Of a stretch of DNA of 64,000 nt, positions 1 to 14,068 are shown piece by piece. Origin of the DNA: Octopus sinensis. Lineage: Eukaryota. Positions within the stretch are counted from its first letter, which is position 1; each line of letters begins with the position of its first letter. The translations under genes and the position numbers were made by a program. The notes below the pieces were generated by a model. It was given only the letters and a program-made list of their open reading frames with translations, was not told the origin of the DNA and ran no database searches. The stretch is from positions 22,444,001-22,508,000 of the forward strand of contig NC_043004.1 of assembly GCF_006345805.1 (NCBI RefSeq), given 5' to 3'.

Positions 1-748
1 CGTATGTATTCATGTATGTATGCATGAATACTCGCATGCAAGTATGAATATATGTATGCAGAGATGTAGGTAGAAAAATTGATAGATGTAGATGCAGATA
101 TGAGTTGTCGTAAATTCTACTTTGAAAACATTTTACAATATTACGAAACGTTTTGCAGTTTTGCTGTAATGATGTTTAAAGGCTGTAGGAGGTAAGCTTT
201 CAATATGTACATCCATTAAATAACAGCCTTTTTATGCATTCTTAGATCACCTGATGTGTTTCGTTCTCTACTGCTAAAGGATATTGCAGAGACTCTCGTA
301 TAGGGAAATATATTTCACTTTGTGTGTAGATGAGTTTATTCAAAAAACAGCGTTGATTACATGGCTTAGTCTTATTTTATTGGGTTTGTCAAAACCTCCG
401 TTTGATTTTTTTAAAACTGGAAATAATACACATGATGAAAACAATTATGTTTAGTGATTTGGATCAATAAGGAAAAGAAAGGCACAATCAAGACAGAATT
501 GGAAGCTGGGGCATTAAAGCAAAGGCCAGCAAATACAGGGGAGGTGACATCAACCCCATGGACCAAGTTTGGCGTCAAAATCTGTAAACTCTGTGAGACA
601 CCAGGATTATGTGCACGTACTCTTACATAAACAAAATGCGCTCAATGCAGGTGTGCATATGTATATGTGTGTGTGTGTGCCTGTATATATATATATATAT
701 ATAAATATAAATATTCAAGGAATATTTTACAATAAAGTAAACAGACAA

Positions 749-814
<66 letters not shown>

Positions 815-815
<1 letters not shown>

Positions 816-905
816 TAAATTAGAGACAAAACCACTATTAGGCAAATCAAACAATGAAAAACTTAAGCCAATACATATGATTATTTAATTTATATTATTT
901 AAATA
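815..905 (-). mobile_element. Truncated copy of the 42078-42366 module
   Basis: ttagagacaaaaccactattaggcaaatca...ttaagccaataca.atgattatttaatttatattattt matches the reverse complement of 42290-42366. Confidence 0.7.
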
Positions 906-1214
906 TATAACAAAATTATTATATGTATATATATATATGCATATGTGAATCTGTATGTGTGCTTCTGTATGCATGTACACATGCGCGCATTTTTGGGTGA
1001 ATGTGCATGTACATATACGTACATATACGTACTGTAATTATAAATCCAATACATTCGCGTGTCGGTTCGTGTATTCTTATCACAGATTTTATAATTGTTG
1101 AGAGAGATGTCCCAACGTAAAACCAATGGCTGTATTGTTAACCCACAAATTAAGGATACTTATCCACCAATGTTTTGTTGAATACTCATCCCCATTGTTC
1201 TACATAAATGTCTG

Positions 1215-1271
<57 letters not shown>

Positions 1272-2727
1272 TAGAGGATACCGTGATATATAATCCTAGC
1301 GGGTACCATGTTTGCTATTATCGGTTATCAAATGCAGGCTGGCCACAGTAATATTAATGAAACTCAAGTCAGTTACAATTTATTATACTTGGTAAGACGT
1401 CACTTGGCAAATATCCTTATAAGGACTGCATAGTTCCCGTGTGCAGTGCTCTGCGGTAGAAACATGCGGTGGTCTTGCGGAAGAACATTATGATTAACTG
1501 TATAATAAAACTTGAATGTGCAATCCCCCGTTCTTCTGATCTTTACTAATTATCCTTACATATTCCACTGATGAGGCAAAGCATTTCTTATGCAGAGTCA
1601 GAAATCTGGAATTTGGTATTATCCAGTAATTTTTCTTGCTAGTTAATTTTGTCTTTTTATCTTCTCTCCTGGTGCTGTATGAACATTTAATGTGGTTTCA
1701 GAGTCAAGTTTTGGCTACTATTTCCAGTTACCCTAAATTATAATTATATATATATATATCTACCCGTGTAGATACGCACTAACACTAAAATTCCCCAGTC
1801 GTACACTAACATCTGTTAATTTGACAGAAGTACGCGTTTAGACCAGAGATGTTCTTCCATCAGCATATTACAAAACTCTTTTGTTTTTTTTTGTTTTTTG
1901 TTTTGTTTTCCGTTCAGTAAACATGGAAATATGTACGTAGGATCAATTCGATGACATTTTCAGACGCATCAAAATTCTATTCTCTATTTTGTAAGAAACC
2001 AGTTGATGTGTCTCATTATGTGAGACATAATTCACATTCCCACGCATATACGTGCATCTCACTCACATATTAGTGCATCAACGGCTATTACGAAGCATTA
2101 AGTAATGCGAATCACAATCAAAATATTTTTGTACATGTTTTTATAGATAGATAGACGGAATCGAAAAGTGGCTAAAGCATAATAAAATTAATCTTGTAAT
2201 ACTTTTAGATAAATTTAAAGATAAATAGTGGGTGTTGTTAGACATTTAAATATGTTAAATGCTTTTTACATTTAATCCCAGTCGGTTTTCACTATGAGAG
2301 CTAATAATAGTAAATAAAAAAGTTTTAGGATGTTAAGCATAATAGTGATCACAATGTATAAGGAATTCTGTATGTTCGAATGCAATATGGATATATGTAA
2401 ATACTTTAGAGAACAATAGTTTTGAATAAAAAATAAGAAAGGAATAAATCTGTTATAGAATCTTTAAACACTGAATGCAAATTATGAGTTATTGATTTAA
2501 TAGAGAAATAACAGGACGTGAATATTAAGGAAATAGTGTGTTTGTTCTAGAAATTTAATTTCTCAAAAGTTATTTGTCCTGCCAACATATTATAAAGGAG
2601 ACCGTTTATTTAACTTTTTTTTCATTATCATCTATTTCTGTTTGAATAACTACTTCATATAACTTGCTTTCCTCTTTTAAGATATTGGGTCACTGCGGAT
2701 TTCTAAGCATCGAATTATCATTTACAA

Positions 2728-3798
2728 TTTTCCGATAAAATATTTTCACACGTCTGTAAAATTGTAATGTCGGCTTTATACATACATACATACTACATAC
2801 ATACATACATTCTTCCCCACCAACGCTTGACAACTGTTTCTAGTTTGCTTATATCTCTGTAACTTAGCGATTCGTGGAGGGTGATGGAATGATATAATTA
2901 CGACACTCAAAAAATATGAGAGAAGTGAATTGAAAACTGAAAGGAAGATGAAACTAGTGTTTAAAAATTTGCCACAACTCTGGTAAAGGGCCTGTGTATG
3001 TGTGTGAGCGTATGTGTGTGTGTATGTGTGTGCGTGCGTGTGTGTGTATGAGCCATGAAAATCAGGAGGCATAAGAGGTGAATATATCTAACTCCTTGCT
3101 GTTCTGACGACTACCAATATTTACGTTTCTAGATGTCTATTCCATATCGAATTCATGAATATTATTTTATTTTTTATACTTATTTTGAAACATTTTCTGA
3201 AAGAAAATTTATATTTAGTTTTACTACTTTACTTCATCTTCTAACAATTTCCAGTTTTCTGTTTACATAAAGGCTGCTGAATGTCCTAAACGTACAGGCA
3301 GCGTCTTAATTTACATGATACGAAATGTATTTATTATTTATATTATTTGTTTACTTTTAATGGTCATACTAATCTAATTTTATCTAGTATCGATCGTCTT
3401 TATATTTAAAGTAGAGTTGTGTATGTATAAGCATTAGTGTAATTACAAGGTCCTACTGATCTGGGAGCAAGCGTACTTTATTTACATTGATTTGTAAATG
3501 TACAATCGTATCGCACAATGTGTAGCATGCATATTGGCGCGCAGATATGCAAATCAATTTATTATACACTGAAATTAACTATTATTACTCGAGGAAACGG
3601 CCGTAATCTTAAGGATAACGGGTGGTTTTTAATAAATGTATTCACCTCAACTCCAAACAGTTTATGTGTTATATAGATGATATGAAATAATTTCATGGAT
3701 TAGACATCTCGAATTTTTTCCGATAAAATGTTTTCACACGTCTATAAAATTGTAATGTCGGCTTTATACATACATACATACTACATACATACATACAT
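2728..3798. repeat. 83-bp direct duplication (2728-2810 and 3716-3798)
   Basis: tccgataaaat.ttttcacacgtct.taaaattgtaatgtcggctttatacatacatacatactacatac; 2 mismatches. Confidence 0.85.
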
Positions 3799-3806
3799 AC
3801 ATACGT

Positions 3807-3872
<66 letters not shown>

Positions 3873-4576
3873 TAACATATTATGGTTGCACAAATCAACT
3901 ACAGTGTCATTACCGCAGTTAATATATCTATATATATGCGCTTGCACCTATGGGTTTCTACGCATTTATATTTTTACATGCATGTTTCCTTATAAACATG
4001 TCTTTTATCTAATGACACGTAATCTAAGCAATTTGAATATCAATAGAATCGTGTTTGTTCCTTCTTGAAATAAGTTTTTATGAATGCCTTACATTTACCC
4101 AATTCCTCGCCAATCTGCGCCATTTTATTGTTTTCCGCGATAATATTATTTAGAGTACAACGTTTTGTATGCATTTATCGGCGGGAAACATGATTGATGA
4201 ATATTATAAAATATGTGACAATAGAGAATTTCAGAGTTTGTATACATCAAAAACAATAAACTCTCTTCACCATTGGATTGGCTGTATCCTCGTAGCTTTA
4301 AATAGGTTTGTGTGCATGATACGCCACGCACACCACACATGAAGTCAAGTCAGAAAAACAACGAATGAACTATTTTTCATTTCAATAACAAAAGATATGA
4401 AAGACATGAGATTCCAGATTCACGTGATGTTTTATAATGTTTTATATACGTACTTCATGAAAATCTGATTATCCTAATGGATTACACTAAACACGGTTTC
4501 GCTCTCTCACACTCACTCTCTCTCTCTGTTTCGTTCACACTCTAACTGTCCTTCATCAAGCTATATTTCTTTCCTT

Positions 4577-4696
<120 letters not shown>

Positions 4697-5334
4697 TGCA
4701 TACATACATACATATGTATAAAATATTACATATTTATATTTACATACATATATGATACATGACAGACACACACACACACTTAAACACTTTCTCTCTCTTA
4801 CTCTCCTCTTTTCCCCTCGCGTGAAGTATATGTTCTACATTTCAGATATTGTAAACCATTTCTCAAAACCAACCTCTGTCTTCTACATTTTCTTATCCCT
4901 TGAATGTATATCATGTTCATATAACTTTAAATATTCTGGATAATATATATACCCTTTATCTATATTTGGATTAAATTAATTCCTATGAATTGTAAAATAC
5001 TAATTACTTTTCTATATTACCTACCAACTGTCGCTTGAAATACGGTGTCTTAACACCTTTCATCCAAAGTTTAATTTGCGTTAATTTTAATTCTAGAAAA
5101 TGTTGTAACGTATGTTTTCTTATAAAAATAGACATTAGCTTTGAATTTATATATGTGTATATATGTATGTATATATGTATGTATGTATGTATGTATCCAT
5201 CCATAGAGAGAGAGAATCAACATATGAGATTCTGTGGACAGCATCTGTAAAATTATGAACTAATTTCGGGCCTCCAGAAACTGCTATCGAACTTGTAATA
5301 CCATGCCATCTCCCACTTAATTTTGCTTCATTAA

Positions 5335-5857
5335 CATATATGAGTTACACAGATTAGCGTGTGGAAATTGTGGTAACTGCATAGACAAGGGTGTAAATAT
5401 ATTTAAGTATATAGAAACAATTGAGCAAATGAGCAAAAATATAAATGGGTGTGCAGGTATTGATTCCTTACGGCCGTTTCTGCCAAGAGGCAACAAAATC
5501 TATCAGGTTATCACCATCACTTCATTGTTATGCAGGAATGAACAAACAAAGCTTGGATAATAGATGTGCCGCTAGGTTTCTTCAGAGAGTCTAATTGGCA
5601 TTTATGTGAAGAAGCCTAGGAGCACATCCCTTATCCAAGCCTTGTCTGTTCATCCCTGCATTACAATGAAGTGATGGAGATAACCTGGAAGATTTTGTTG
5701 CCTCTTGGCAGAAACGGCCGTAAGGAACTTGTACCAGCACGCCCATTTATATTTTTGCTTAGTTGCTCAGTTGCTTCTATATACTTATATGTATTCACAC
5801 CCTTGACTATACAGTTACCAGCTTTTCCTACACGCTAATCTGTTTAAATCATACATG
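5335..5857. repeat. Foldback/MITE-like element with ~250-bp imperfect inverted arms
   Basis: For example ccttacggccgtttctgccaagaggcaacaaaatct versus agattttgttgcctcttggcagaaacggccgtaagg; ~20-nt central spacer near 5585-5607. Confidence 0.85.
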
Positions 5858-5919
5858 TGTGTACATTCATCCAATACATTTAAATAAATAGACATACTTG
5901 AATGTTTTCATATTTGCCG

Positions 5920-5957
<38 letters not shown>

Positions 5958-5961
<4 letters not shown>

Positions 5962-6442
5962 CGTATATTTGCCATTTGAATATGGCTAACTTCTAAGGAT
6001 GGATGCTACTGTAGTTTGTAGCCCCAGCAAGACACATCCTCCTGCTGGCTATAGACACACTTTCTGTGCCCTATCAGTATTTGTGAAGGGAAGTCATCCT
6101 TCCGTCTTCAACTTATGATACACACGGTTTCGAGTTTCAAGGTATTGACCTATCATTGGCGTGTGACAATCATAGTTATCGATGAGAAGTCAGTTTCCCT
6201 CACAAATACATATACTTTTTCCAGTATCGATTGACACTGATATTCAAAAAGTGAAATCAAACAATGATAAATCTCAGAGCGAGTTATAAACAGTAGCGGT
6301 AACACATCGTGACGTATATTTGCCATTTGAATATGGCTAACCCTGTAGCATCCACCCTTAGGAGTTAGCCATATTCAAATGGCAAATATACGTCACGATA
6401 TGTTACCGCTACTGTTTATAACTCGCTCTGAGATTTATCATT
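5958..6442. repeat. Element with 52-bp inverted repeats (5958-6009 / 6345-6396) plus an overlapping 79-bp hairpin (6263-6341 / 6364-6442)
   Basis: Direct comparison: 2 mismatches in the 52-bp pair, 1 in the 79-bp pair. Confidence 0.85.
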
Positions 6443-7847
6443 ATATATATATATATACATAATTACCTGGTAGGTTATAAATAAACTTTGAATGAATCCG
6501 CTCAACCTGAGATCTGAGCTATCAATGCTGTTGGTTTCTAGGCTAATACCAAAATTCTTCAGGTGTAGAAAATCCTGGTTTCACGGCAGTAAAACCATTG
6601 TTTGGGTTTAACGAAGAGTAAAATATAATCCAATTTATAAAACAATGCCCGCATGTGTTTGTGTGTGTATGTGTGTGTCATTGTGTGTGTGTGCGTGCGT
6701 GTGTGTGTGCGTGCGTGTGTGTGTGTGTGCAAATATATTCATGTCTACGCACATTTATACGTATTTAGTTGTATCTAAGTATGTGTGTCTATACTCTCCA
6801 AACATTAAGAATATACTTCCAAGTAAAAATCTTCTAAAATTCCTAGTATAAAGTAAGCCAAATCAAAGTTGTCGCGCATATTTAAAACTACACGCACATA
6901 TACAGACAAGCGTACACACATGAAAATATCCTAATCATGTAGCCTGGTAAGCGTACAAAATCGTCCTGGATATAGAAAAGGATGTAATGGGATGAGATGG
7001 GATGGGAAGGGATGGTAATGATTTAAATGTATATGATTATATATGTCATCTTCATCAAAGCTGCTTTGCAACGAAAAAACTATCAACCAGTCAATCAATA
7101 ATCTGTGTTAATTATATCTCCATAGAAGCTGATGAGGGATATAAAAAATAGAAACTTAATTTGGACTGATTATAGAATTTTTTAATCATGTGGAAATCAA
7201 ATGTAATACACCGATTGTAAACGCTCAGTCTAGAAAATATATTGATGAATCCGCCAGACGGAATTATTTCTAAAAGATCAAAAAACAATGTAAAAAAATA
7301 ACGTAATTCATTACGTTATTACATTATGAGACTATGCACTGAAAAAGAGCAATTGATGTTCGAATTACGAGATACAAAAAGATTGTTGGGTAGGCAAAGT
7401 AAATATCCTGGCCACAAACTAATATTCATTTACTATGAAACTAACCTACTAGAGTGTTCGTGACGAGTCATATTTGGTATATTCCTACTTTCTATCAGAT
7501 CGATTTTTATATTATTTTTATTTGCGTTTATTTTGTTTATTTATTTTCTTTATTTTGTAAATGACAATGCGGGAAATCAATTCGTTATATCTCTGATGGA
7601 TTAATATAAACTAATAACAGATGAACAACGAGATAAAGATTATATAGAAGCACATTCTGTTGATAAATGTGACATAGATTCCACAACCATACGCATGCAC
7701 CTGCAAATACATACACTCACACACAACATATTCAAACGTATATATGTCTGTATATACACATATATTGTATATATATATGTATGTATATAGATATGTATAT
7801 TGTATATATATGTATGTATATAGACATATATAGAGTATATATACGTA

Positions 7848-7884
<37 letters not shown>

Positions 7885-8037
7885 GATATGTATATGTGTA
7901 TGGTTACATAAATATGTATATATATGTATATATATATAAATATATATATATTCATCTGCCTCTGTCTACACGCACACATATACATGTGAATATATATATA
8001 TATATATATACATATATATACACATATATATATATGC

Positions 8038-8120
<83 letters not shown>

Positions 8121-8121
8121 G

Positions 8122-8152
<31 letters not shown>

Positions 8153-8155
<3 letters not shown>

Positions 8156-8412
8156 CACTCCGTTGGTTATGATGACTAGGGTCTCAGCTGATTCGAGCAA
8201 CGGAACAGCCTGCTCATAAAATTAACGTGAAAGTGGTTGAGCACTTCACGGACACGCAGTTCTCATTGAGATTCGCGTGACAGAGAATGTAAAATACAGG
8301 TGCTACTCATGTTCAACGTCTTGTTCAAGGACACAACGCGTCGCCGGCAACTGAACTCACGACCGTAAGCTCGTGAGCCGAATATTGCAACCACTAAGCC
8401 ACGCGCCTTCAC
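8153..8412 (-). mobile_element. tRNA-SINE family C
   Basis: Minus-strand head gaaggcgcgtggcttagtggtt (A box) ... gagttcagttgcc (B box). Body homologous to 63737-64000. Confidence 0.8.
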
Positions 8413-8431
8413 ATGTATATATATTATATAT

Positions 8432-8469
<38 letters not shown>

Positions 8470-8822
8470 AGTAGATACACAGGTGTGTATGATTGATTGT
8501 GTATAGAAGAATATATTCCTCAGAGAAATTCAAAATTCTGATTTTCACGTTTTATTTACAATCTTATAAACCTTTCTATTCTAAGCACAAGGCTCGAACT
8601 TTATAATCTTATGATAATGTAATAGAAGATAATATAATATAATGAAATTGTAATATCCATTCTGATAGAGCTAGTAATCTCATGCATTAAACTATGCAAT
8701 CTTCAGGTTCATGTTGTAGTGGCGACAGTTAAGTTTTACAATTTACAACTATAGTGAGATAGCTGAACAGTGTACTTTAAATACATTTCTATAAGCTGTA
8801 GAATATTAATATTGTCATACTG

Positions 8823-8861
<39 letters not shown>

Positions 8862-9003
8862 TTTCGGCACATTCATCATGGGTATATAATTTCAGAAAGT
8901 GGACATAGAATATTCATTAATCCGTTTGAAATTGAATTTTTATCGATATAATCTGAAGAAACCTCACCTGATCGATACTTCAAATACTCACACACACACA
9001 CAA

Positions 9004-9075
<72 letters not shown>

Positions 9076-10521
9076 GTATATATATATGTGCATGTGTGTA
9101 TATGTATGTATGTACATATATACATATATATTTATATAAATAGTGCTGTGCATGCTTATTGAAGAAGAAGAAACTCTGTAATGAAGAATGTTCCCATGAG
9201 ATGCTTGAAGTCATCACTTGTAGACATTCTACGTTTACAACAAAGTACATATATTACCTTTGAAAGACATGGCTGCAGATGTTTTGAAAAGTTTAACGTC
9301 GTTCATATGAATATATTAATAATACTGATTTATGTACGGTGTTAATGTCGTTATCTTGCATTGGATATATATCAGTTACTACTGATATTTTGAATATTCA
9401 AATTAAATCTTCAAAACACAATTTCTGCTCTTGGTTGTAGGTTTCTCCATCTCACAATTTCAGTTGATGAAATACTTTGAAAATTCTTAATTTGATGTAT
9501 GAAACTTCTGAGGTATTTTCATGACATGTAGAGTTTCCTTTTTCACTCAGCGCGCCTTTGTAACATATAACAAACCAATTTCATTGAAAATGCGTAGACA
9601 TACGACTTCGTGTAGATAATATACACACAGATATTATGGATATTATTCCTGATGCCTATCAAGCAACCTTTCTTTGTATCGCAAATGATATACATCTTCG
9701 CTGTTCGAACCAATCCTTGGTTCCATGCATCAATGACACTGAGAAGCGTGAACAAACTTAGGAGACAGCTCTTCTTGTATTTCAGCTTTCTTCATAACAT
9801 TTACACACCTGAATGATATACGTCAGTCAATGATATATACATGCACAGGACAATTCGTCAAGGTTGCACACAAAGTGACTGAATACAAAGCCACGTAGTT
9901 AATAAGAGAAATACTGAAACATACATCCATATCTATATCATTTAGCCTTCTATATTCAACTATTTAAAGTAATCAACATTCCCGCGTCTATCACCTACTT
10001 GTATAATTCAACCATCAGAAGTTATGCCACCTCAGTGATTTTTCTGAAGCTTACCCCACGCCACCAGAGTTAGTGTCTTATAACGTAAGAATAAATCACA
10101 GTTTATTGATGGATGCAGTGTTATGATGGAACACTTTATATCACAATATATGCTATGATGTTTTTTTCTGTATGAATGAATGTATACGCATGTATGCATG
10201 TATAAATGTGTGTGTGTATGTGTGTGTGTGTTTTGGGCGTGAGTGATATATATGTGTATTTCAGTATACAGAGCAAGAGTTTATTTCCCATCCCACCGAT
10301 CTTGTGAAAGAAAAACGCATGAGCCTCTGCTCCTTATCATCAGTGTCGTGTCAGGTGAAATTTGGGCGTAAAGGCTGAAACATATACGCTGGGTAATTTC
10401 TAACAATTCTGCTTATCGACTACTTCTCATACACGACAGCGCAAACTTCTAACTTCTCAACTTCCGCTTGACTATATTTGACTCTACGCCGTCACTACTA
10501 TCTATTACAAAGTTTGTGTCA

Positions 10522-10640
10522 ACGGCAGTGAGCTGGCTCTATCGTAAGATCATCGAAGAAAATGCTGTCTGTTATTTTGTTCTGTTCTTTACTCTTGAGT
10601 TCAGATCCCACTATGCTTAACTTTGCCCTTTATCTTTCTG
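10522..10640 (+). mobile_element. tRNA-SINE family A, highly decayed 5' part
   Basis: ggcagtgagctggc...gagttcagatcc...aactttgccctttat. Confidence 0.55.
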
Positions 10641-13600
10641 TGTTAAACAAAATTATATACTTCACAATTACTGAAATCAAGTTAATCCACTTCCAGATTC
10701 ATGGTCTTATGCTGCGTTAAATACAATTATTTGATGGTCGCTGTAGTTATCGAGAGAGTATATATATATGTTTACTGTGCACAGAGGTACCAATAGTGTT
10801 AAAATGTATGCACAAAGTACAAAAAATAATAATTTATTTACAATCATTTAAATCTTACCCAGTCAATGTTTGCAATATAAAAATTATTATAGCTACAATC
10901 GCGACATCTGCCAACTCTTTTTTCAGATCGGACGCTGCCGTTTGCTGAACATGCACTTCTAGGTCGACAATTCCAGTTTGACATAAGATGTGCTAGTCAT
11001 GGTTTGGACGTCCTTGGATTCACAACTTAATATTATAGCAATAACTAATTAGAGAATATTCATGAAAAAGGCTCTCAGCCTAGGTTTATAAGCGAGAATT
11101 AGAATTATGTTAACTTTCTAGGACATTCGCCCATACTAAATCATGTGTTCATATTTTATTGAGGTTATATTAATCTCATTGATCTCTGTGGGAATTCACC
11201 TCAAAAGTTAGAAAGAGGAATCTACGGTATTCATTCAAATGTTATTTCATCCCTCACTTAACATTCACGCGTCATGAAGAACAAAGAATTTGTGATAATC
11301 TATAATAAAAACAACACCAAACGATGCGTCAATCTTAGAAACAACAACAGCTTCATTTTACATAACACGTACAACATTTGGTACTTGAACGAGTTAAATA
11401 TTATCCGCATTGTCCACATCATTGCATTCATTATTTGTTCTATTTTAATTAATATATGTATATTTCCCGAGTTTGTTTTTTCTCTAGACCTTATTGAGCA
11501 GAGTAATTTATTAATGTATGAATGTTTTTTTCCCCTCATCATTATGTATACAACTTTAATTTATGAAACAGAATAATTACAGTTAGATTTTTAACCTAAA
11601 AACATACTTAAGCCAACTGCACATCGTCGTGTCTGTTTCGTTTGGGTTTTGTTTCTGGTTTCTCTCTCTCTGTCTCCCTTTGTCTGTAGTCGAATACTTT
11701 CTTTTTAACTACTATTTAAAATAGTTTTTCCGATGTTTTAATGTTACACTAATGCAGTACTGACTGACGTTTCTTATATTGAATCTCATGTTAATGCCAT
11801 TTAGCATTTAACCATTGCGTTTGGAATGTTGAGAGATTTCATGGAAAACATACGAATATTCTTTATCAAAAGAATTATATCTTAATACATCAAATAAAGG
11901 TAAATACTGGCTTGCATGCAAAATGAAAGACTGATTTTCAAACTCAAGTTGTTGAATCTATTCACACCGATTCCATTTTGTTGTTGTTGCGCTAAAACTG
12001 TCACCATGGATTTGGACGAATTCCAGGAATAACATTTGGTTGAACTACTTCTTGAAATGTTTCATACAAATTCTTAAAATGTATTTGATTGGTAAACGTT
12101 AGCAAAAGAGAAATGTCGGTTGATTGAAAGAATTGCTGCTGTCTTGGAGTTTAGTATTCACACCTCCTGCAGAAGTAAGTTCTCATTACACCATACATTG
12201 TCAGATGAACTCCAAAACACAAATATATATTATGGACCACTTGAAGACAGTTATACCGCTAACAAATCATTCAAATTTACATATAAGTGTAGGCATGTGT
12301 CTGCCTATATGTGAGTGTTTAACACATTTGCTCTAAACTTCCATTTACTTGCATCACACATAAACAAGTTACTAAAAATTTTTAATTCTAATTTCAAATG
12401 TCACTAAACCTCTGATCATGAATAAAAATGTCCTCCTTTCTGAAGTCATATGTGATGACACAGGAATAAACAAATTCCTTATGAACTTCATATATGAACT
12501 TTATATATATATTATATATATGCACTTCATATTCTTGGCTCCGACGAAGTTATTCACTCATCGGAATTGCAGGCCTTGTGCCAAACTAAGAAAGGATTAT
12601 TGGCATCGTGAGGCTCCTTATAATATCATCTTTGAGAAAGTGGTGCCCCAGTATGACTACAGTCAAATGACTGAAGCAAGCACAAAGATAATAAGATTCA
12701 AACCTTACTATCAAGTTGTAACATGTTTACACCGAACTTGAAGAAGCAGTGGTTTTGTCAATGTATCATTTCAACGTGCATTTTAACATACGCTTTATGA
12801 TAGAATTTTGTCGCTACATTTTTAATTAACTTGGAATGACTTTACTGTAATCCCCAGTTTAGTTAAGTATATCCGTAAATCGTGTAGCGTATCAAACAAG
12901 CCACTGTGCGGTCGGTCAACCTGCTATAAATATCCATGAATACCCTTTAAATCACTAATTGTAATCTGTATGCCTATTGTACATAGTTTTAGCAAAGCGA
13001 GAAAAATGGAATGGTTGCGGTTATAAGACACTTTATATCATAGGTTTCCGCAACCGACTATTGTTTGAAGATTAAAAAAGTAAAGCATTTGTGTTTATAC
13101 TACAGCTTGCATTGTTTATATCGATGCATTGAAGTGAAAATGTTTCATGGAAAACATTCAAATTTACAATGAACATCATCAGTTTTCTGTCTTTGATTCG
13201 TACGCAACAACTAACTCTATGTTCTACTTTCTACAAGATTCATTACCTCAGCGAAAGATATTTCTTTGATGGAGACCAATGTCGGTGGTGCTCTTATTTG
13301 AAGAGGAATCTGGTTGATAAATTTAAAATTGCCTCTTTGTCAATATGAAGCTGAGTGTTTTGTTCAATAAAAATTAAATAGATGTACAGCAGCTGTCTCG
13401 CAAAAGCTGCTGGCATCATTAAATATTGGTTGCAACTTTACATGACTATATATTATCAAATTTGTTCCGAATGACCGATACAGGTAATGTAGAAACAATC
13501 GGATTCTGAAACTAATTTATTTCTCAGTAGCGCCTCTTTTCATTCGTCCACTTGTTCTGTTGCTTTGAATTAGCGATTCATTGAAGCAAGTAAGGCAATA

Positions 13601-14068
13601 TAGCACGGAGGTAACTCTGAAAAACAAGCATAAACTCTCCCAATTATAAATAAACGTTAAGACTGGGAATGCATTCTTTATATACAATGTTGTAATTATT
13701 GTGTATAATAACATGGGATTTTTTCATTCTATAAACTGCCTTTCAAATAGAAATTTTCAAGTGTCAACAAAGGTATTGTTAATTCTAATACAAATTAAAC
13801 AATTCTAAATAATCATGTACATTTACATAGTGATTTTGTTGCTATTTTTTTCTGAAATAACAGTTTGGTATGAAACATACACACACAGTGTTGAATTACA
13901 GGTAAGCAAAATATGTACCGCTTTTACTCCCTTATCAATTGGAAAATAGACAAAATAATATTGATGAAAAAGTATATTATGCATTTATCATAACATATTT
14001 TATTGCAAGTCATATTTGCTGTCGTCCAAAGTTATTGTTTTTAAATTTATTTTTCTACGGACTATATT

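Noticed and set aside
8153-8412. Possible tRNA genes in SINE heads
   Set aside because: A/B-box-like motifs are present, but there is no complete cloverleaf and each continues into a shared SINE body.
9543-9830. ORF MFTLLSVIDAWNQ... with a possible minus-strand acceptor near 9810
   Set aside because: No recognisable motif; frames from the acceptor hit stops quickly; no consistent donor.
12418-12741. 107-aa ORF in unique sequence
   Set aside because: Runs through a TA-rich patch, no domain recognised, no splice support.
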